This document shows positions 59,996 through 64,000 of a DNA stretch of 64,000 nt, piece by piece (within the stretch, counting starts at the first letter, position 1; every line of letters begins with the position of its first letter). The stretch comes from an uncultured Gemmatimonadales bacterium. GTDB lineage: Bacteria > Gemmatimonadota > Gemmatimonadetes > Longimicrobiales > RSA9. Under the pieces are notes generated by a model. It was not told the origin of the DNA and ran no database searches. It saw nothing but the letters and a program-made list of their open reading frames with translations. The stretch spans positions 4,096,001 to 4,160,000 of the forward strand of contig OY970192.1 of assembly GCA_963708135.1 (NCBI GenBank). Direction: 5' to 3'. The position numbers were made by a program, and so were the translations under genes.

Positions 59996-60460
59996 ATGGA
60001 CGACCGGAAGCTCACGTTTATCGTCGTGCCGCACGGGGACCTCGAGACCCGCACGTTCGGCATCAGCTATGGCAAGCTGAAGATGCTGCTGGGGGCGGGC
60101 GTGCTGGTGCTCGTGCTCTTCGTCGTCATGGTCTCGTCCTGGTGGTACGTGGCCGCGCAGGCGTCGCGAGTAGCGGGCCTGGAGCGGGAGGTGCACCGGC
60201 TCGAGCTCGAGCGCGCCCGGGTGGCCGAGCTGGCCAGGACGCTCGAGCAGGTGCAGGCGCAGTACCAGAAGGTCCGCCAGCTGCTCGGCGCCGATTCGAC
60301 CGCCCGACAGGGTCAGACGATCCTGCCCCCGCTCGACCGGGCGCCGGCAGACAGCCCGGCAGCCGCCCCGTCCGCGCGCGGGTCCACCTCCGCCGCTCCC
60401 ATTCGTCCCGAGGCGAGCGCGGCTCGCCGGGTGGCGCACGGGGCGAAGGGCAGCTCGTAG
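59996..60460 (+). CDS. membrane-anchored coiled-coil protein resembling the N-terminus of M23 peptidases (no M23 domain)
   Basis: LTFIVVPH..RTF, one TM helix, coiled coil and a low-complexity tail. Confidence 0.7.
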   Translation: MDDRKLTFIVVPHGDLETRTFGISYGKLKMLLGAGVLVLVLFVVMVSSWWYVAAQASRVAGLEREVHRLELERARVAELARTLEQVQAQYQKVRQLLGADSTARQGQTILPPLDRAPADSPAAAPSARGSTSAAPIRPEASAARRVAHGAKGSS

Positions 60461-60521
60461 CCGCGGCGGGCGCCGGCCGGCCGCCGGGGGCCGGCGTTGC
60501 CATCGCAAAGGAGAAACCCAC

Positions 60522-60998
60522 ATGGCCAGAGACAAGCAGACGGCGGAGGCGCCGCGCGAAGCGGCGATCTCGATCATAGGACCCGGTATGCGTGTCATCG
60601 GCGACTGTGAGACCGAGGGCACGCTCCGCATCGAGGGCACCGTCGAAGGGAAGGTCCGCGCCGGGAAGGCCGTCGTGATCGGGAAGGATGGCGTCGTCGA
60701 GGGCGACGTCTTCACCCAGGATGCCGTCGTCGGAGGACGCGTCAACGGCACCATCCTGGCCGAAAGCCGGCTCGAGCTGCAGGCAACCTGCCTCATCGAG
60801 GGGGAAGTTCGCGCCCGAAGGATCAAGCTCGATGAGGGCGGCCGGGTCAACGGACAGATCCAGACCGGCAATGTGCAGGTGCCGCCTGCGACCGCGCCCC
60901 GGCTCGAGCCCGGCGGACCCCGGCCCGCGCGCGGAGGGCAGGCGCTGCCGGAACACGGCCCGCCCACACACGCGGCGCCGGCCGGGCCGGCCGCCTGA
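60522..60998 (+). CDS. bactofilin (polymer-forming cytoskeletal protein)
   Basis: SIIGPGMRVIGD..LRIEG.VEG..V.IG..G.VEGD beta-helix pattern. Confidence 0.92.
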   Translation: MARDKQTAEAPREAAISIIGPGMRVIGDCETEGTLRIEGTVEGKVRAGKAVVIGKDGVVEGDVFTQDAVVGGRVNGTILAESRLELQATCLIEGEVRARRIKLDEGGRVNGQIQTGNVQVPPATAPRLEPGGPRPARGGQALPEHGPPTHAAPAGPAA

Positions 60999-61096
60999 GC
61001 CAGGGTTCGGCGCGTGCGCAGGGGCTCCCCCTTACCGTCTGCGAACTCTGCTTCCGTGCGGGGTTTCGCGCCCGAATACGTCGGCACCGAGAGGGA

Positions 61097-61205
61097 TTGT
61101 CCACATATCGTGGAAACGTCGCAACTCCTTGTGCGGCAATAGCTTGAATCATTAACGCCATTTTTTCACATCTGGCTGTGGATAACATCCCCCGCCTTTT
61201 CCACA
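61097..61205. promoter_or_regulatory. second DnaA-box cluster with AT-rich core
   Basis: TTGTCCACA (61097), TTTTTCACA (61162), perfect TGTGGATAA (61177) and TTTTCCACA (61197). Confidence 0.75.
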
Positions 61206-61248
61206 TCACCTGGACCGCCCGTGCGGGCGCCAGAACGGGGCCGCCGGA

Positions 61249-62004
61249 ATGGAACTCAGCGAGCTGACGTCGTACCTGAACGAGTACCTGAGCATCGACG
61301 CGCTGCCCGATTCGGCGGTGGCGCTGAACGGGCTGCAGGTGGAGAACGGGGGCGAGGTGAAGCGGATCGCGGTGGCGGTGGATGCGAGCGAGGCGGCGAT
61401 TGGGGGAGCGGCAGCGGGCGGCTGTGATCTGCTGCTGGTTCACCATGGGCTGTTCTGGGGAGGGCTGCAGCCGGTTCGGGGCCGCTCGTACCGCAAGCTC
61501 AAGCTGTTGCTGGACCGGGACATAGCGGTGTACAGCGCACACATTCCGCTGGACGTGCACCCGGAGGTTGGCAACAACGTGGTGCTCGCGCGGGAGCTGG
61601 GGGTGGAGGTGAGGGGGGCGTTCGGGCTCTACAAGGGGACGACGACGCTGGGTGTCTGGGGGGAGCTCGAGCTGCGCCGGGAAGCACTCGCCGCCCGTCT
61701 GGACGAGCTGCTCGGTGGCCGCGTCCGCCTTGTGGCCGGTGGCCCGGAGCGCGTGCATCGGGTGGGGATCATCTCGGGGGCGGCGGCCGGAATGATTGCG
61801 GACGCGGTGGCGCTCGGGCTGGACGCCTTCGTGACGGGGGAGGGCGCGCACCACACGTACTTCGACGCCATGGAGGAGCGGGTGAACGTGTACTACGGGG
61901 GTCACTACGCGACGGAGACCTGGGGAGTGAAGGCGCTTGCGGCGCACCTGGAGGCGCGGTTCGGAATTTCGTGGGAGTTCCTGGACCTCCCGACTGGGAT
62001 GTAG
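61249..62004 (+). CDS. Nif3-like dinuclear metal-center protein (YbgI family)
   Basis: NGLQV, LVHHG, HIPLDVHPEVGNN, TGE and GHYATE. Confidence 0.93.
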   Translation: MELSELTSYLNEYLSIDALPDSAVALNGLQVENGGEVKRIAVAVDASEAAIGGAAAGGCDLLLVHHGLFWGGLQPVRGRSYRKLKLLLDRDIAVYSAHIPLDVHPEVGNNVVLARELGVEVRGAFGLYKGTTTLGVWGELELRREALAARLDELLGGRVRLVAGGPERVHRVGIISGAAAGMIADAVALGLDAFVTGEGAHHTYFDAMEERVNVYYGGHYATETWGVKALAAHLEARFGISWEFLDLPTGM

Positions 62005-62082
62005 AGAGCGGGGCGCATCGGGGGGCCAGCGGAGGGCGGAGAAGGCTCGGAAACCAGCAATCACGAGGGGCGAATGGGAGCG

Positions 62083-64000
62083 ATGGCGCGCAGGACCGTC
62101 TGGATGGCGGCGGCCGGGCTGCTGGCGTGGGCTCCGGGGGCGGCTGCGCAGGCGACGAGGGTGGATTCCCGGGCGGAGCGTGCGCCGGCCGCGTCGCCTT
62201 CAGCGATTCCGGATCCCGACGGCTATCTGGGGTTCACGCTGGGATCGGACCGTCACCTCGCGGACTGGAAGCAGATCAGCGGGTACTTCGAGGCGCTGGC
62301 GGAGGCGAGCGCGCGAGTTCGGCTGGACACGCTGGGCAAGACGACGCTCGGGCGGCCGTTCATCATGCTAACGATCGCGGAGCCGGGGACGCTCGCGCAC
62401 CTGGAGCGGTACCGGGAGATTCAGCGGAAGCTGGCCGATCCGCGGCTCGTGCAGGGAGAGGCGGAGGCGGAGCGGCTGATCTCGGAGGACAAGGCGGTCG
62501 TGCTGATCACGGCGGCGATCCATTCCACGGAGGTGGGCGGCTCGCAGGTGCCGCTACGGATCGCGTACCGCCTGGCCACGTCCAACACGCCGGAGGACCT
62601 TGCGATCCTGCACGACGTGATCCTGCTGCTGATCCCGAACCTGAATCCGGACGGCACGCAGATGGTGGTGGACTGGTACCGGAGCACGCTCGGGCAGCCG
62701 TGGGAGGGTGCCTCGCCGCCGTTCCTGTACCACTGGTACACGGGACACGACGACAACCGGGACTGGTACGCGTTCACGCAGACGGAGACGCGGCTGACGG
62801 TGGAGAAGGCGTACAACGTCTGGCATCCGCAGATCGTGCACGACATCCACCAGCAGGGCTCCGAGGGATCGCGCTTCTTCCTCCCGCCGTTCATGGATCC
62901 TTGGGAGCCGAACGTGGACCCGATCCTGACGGAGGGGGTGAACCAGCTCGGCAGCTACATGGCGTGGCGGGTCGGGCAGGAGGGCCTTCCGGGGGTGGTG
63001 ATCAACAGCACGTACGACGCCTGGACGCCGGCGCGCGCCTACCAGCACTACCACGGTGCGGTGCGCATCCTGAGCGAGACCGCGTCCGCCGACATGGCGA
63101 CGCCGATCACGGTGCCGTTCGACTCGCTGCGTCGCGGGCGCGGCTTCGATGCGCGCGAGGCGACGTGGAACTTCCCCGACCCGTGGCCTGGCGGGGAGTG
63201 GCACCTCTCCGACATCCTGCGCTACCAGGAGGCGGGCGCGTTCGCGCTGCTGGACAACGCGGCCGAGAACCGGGAGTACTGGCTGCGCTCGTTCTATCGC
63301 GTGGGCCGAAAAGCGGTCGCCGGGTGGAAGCGGTGGCCGGAGGCGTGGGTGGTGCCGGCGGTGCAGGCGGACTCGACAGCGGTCGCCGAGCTGCTGCGCA
63401 TCCTGACCACCGCGCAGGTGGAGGTGCGGCGGGCGGAGTCGCCGTTCACGGCCGGGGGCCGACGCTATCCGGCAGGGACGTACGTGATCCCGATGCGGCA
63501 GCCGTACGCCTCCTTCGCGCAGGCGGTGCTCGAGCGGCAGGACTACCCGGACCTCCGGCTCTACCCGGGCGGCCCGCCAAAGCCGCCATACGACGTGACG
63601 GCCCAGACGCTGCCGCTGCTCCTCGGGGTGGAGGCGGTGCAGGCGCGCGACCTGGAGCCGGGGCCGGACGCGCTCTCGCTCTCCGCCCCGATCGCCACGC
63701 CGGAGGTGCGGACGGTGGCGGAGGGGCTGTCGAGGGGAACGACGCCCCGGCCGCCGCGCATCGCGGTCTACCAGAGCTACGCGCCTTCCATGGACGAGGG
63801 CTGGACGCGCTGGGTGCTGGACCGCTACCGGATCCCGTTCACGACGGTCCACGATGGCGATGTCCGGGCGGGCGGCCTGGCGGGCAAATACGATGCGGTG
63901 ATCCTGCCGTCGGAGTCGTCCGTGGCGCTGTATTCCGGCCGGCGCCCGGGCACGCTCCCGGAGAAGTACACCGGGGGACTCGGCGAGGCCGGAACCAGCG
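62083..64000 (+). CDS. M14-family zinc carboxypeptidase (runs off window end)
   Basis: Manual translation: signal peptide, AIHSTE, NPDG, DNRD and HDIHQ, with a C-terminal 'MDEGWTRWVLD' glutamine-amidotransferase-like region. Confidence 0.9.
   Translation, partial: MARRTVWMAAAGLLAWAPGAAAQATRVDSRAERAPAASPSAIPDPDGYLGFTLGSDRHLADWKQISGYFEALAEASARVRLDTLGKTTLGRPFIMLTIAEPGTLAHLERYREIQRKLADPRLVQGEAEAERLISEDKAVVLITAAIHSTEVGGSQVPLRIAYRLATSNTPEDLAILHDVILLLIPNLNPDGTQMVVDWYRSTLGQPWEGASPPFLYHWYTGHDDNRDWYAFTQTETRLTVEKAYNVWHPQIVHDIHQQGSEGSRFFLPPFMDPWEPNVDPILTEGVNQLGSYMAWRVGQEGLPGVVINSTYDAWTPARAYQHYHGAVRILSETASADMATPITVPFDSLRRGRGFDAREATWNFPDPWPGGEWHLSDILRYQEAGAFALLDNAAENREYWLRSFYRVGRKAVAGWKRWPEAWVVPAVQADSTAVAELLRILTTAQVEVRRAESPFTAGGRRYPAGTYVIPMRQPYASFAQAVLERQDYPDLRLYPGGPPKPPYDVTAQTLPLLLGVEAVQARDLEPGPDALSLSAPIATPEVRTVAEGLSRGTTPRPPRIAVYQSYAPSMDEGWTRWVLDRYRIPFTTVHDGDVRAGGLAGKYDAVILPSESSVALYSGRRPGTLPEKYTGGLGEAGTS

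Overview
Very GC-rich bacterial chromosome segment. SusC/SusD pairs, PD40-amidohydrolases, M14/M1 peptidases and the dnaA-rpmH-rnpA-yidD-yidC...parAB-bactofilin order suggest Gemmatimonadota; this is inference, not a database result. The window contains the replication origin region: dnaA/dnaN with a DnaA-box plus DnaA-trio unwinding element between them, two parS sites flanking an 18-unit G-rich heptamer array, parA (one-base frameshift) and parB, and a second DnaA-box cluster about 10 kb from the first. The left end carries an N6-adenine methyltransferase translationally coupled to a SNF2 helicase with an apparently inactive PLD-like domain, next to tRNA-Asn and about 2 kb of decayed DNA. 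The middle holds a SusCD-amidohydrolase locus, an egtB-egtD-egtA ergothioneine operon divergent from a betaine-type ABC importer, a YHS plus NYN RNase pair, a TonB-receptor-like protein with C-terminal Spy-like repeats, a five-PAS hybrid kinase and an M20/creatininase/PanE/SDR operon of unknown substrate. No CRISPR array, rRNA, integrase or transposase was seen.
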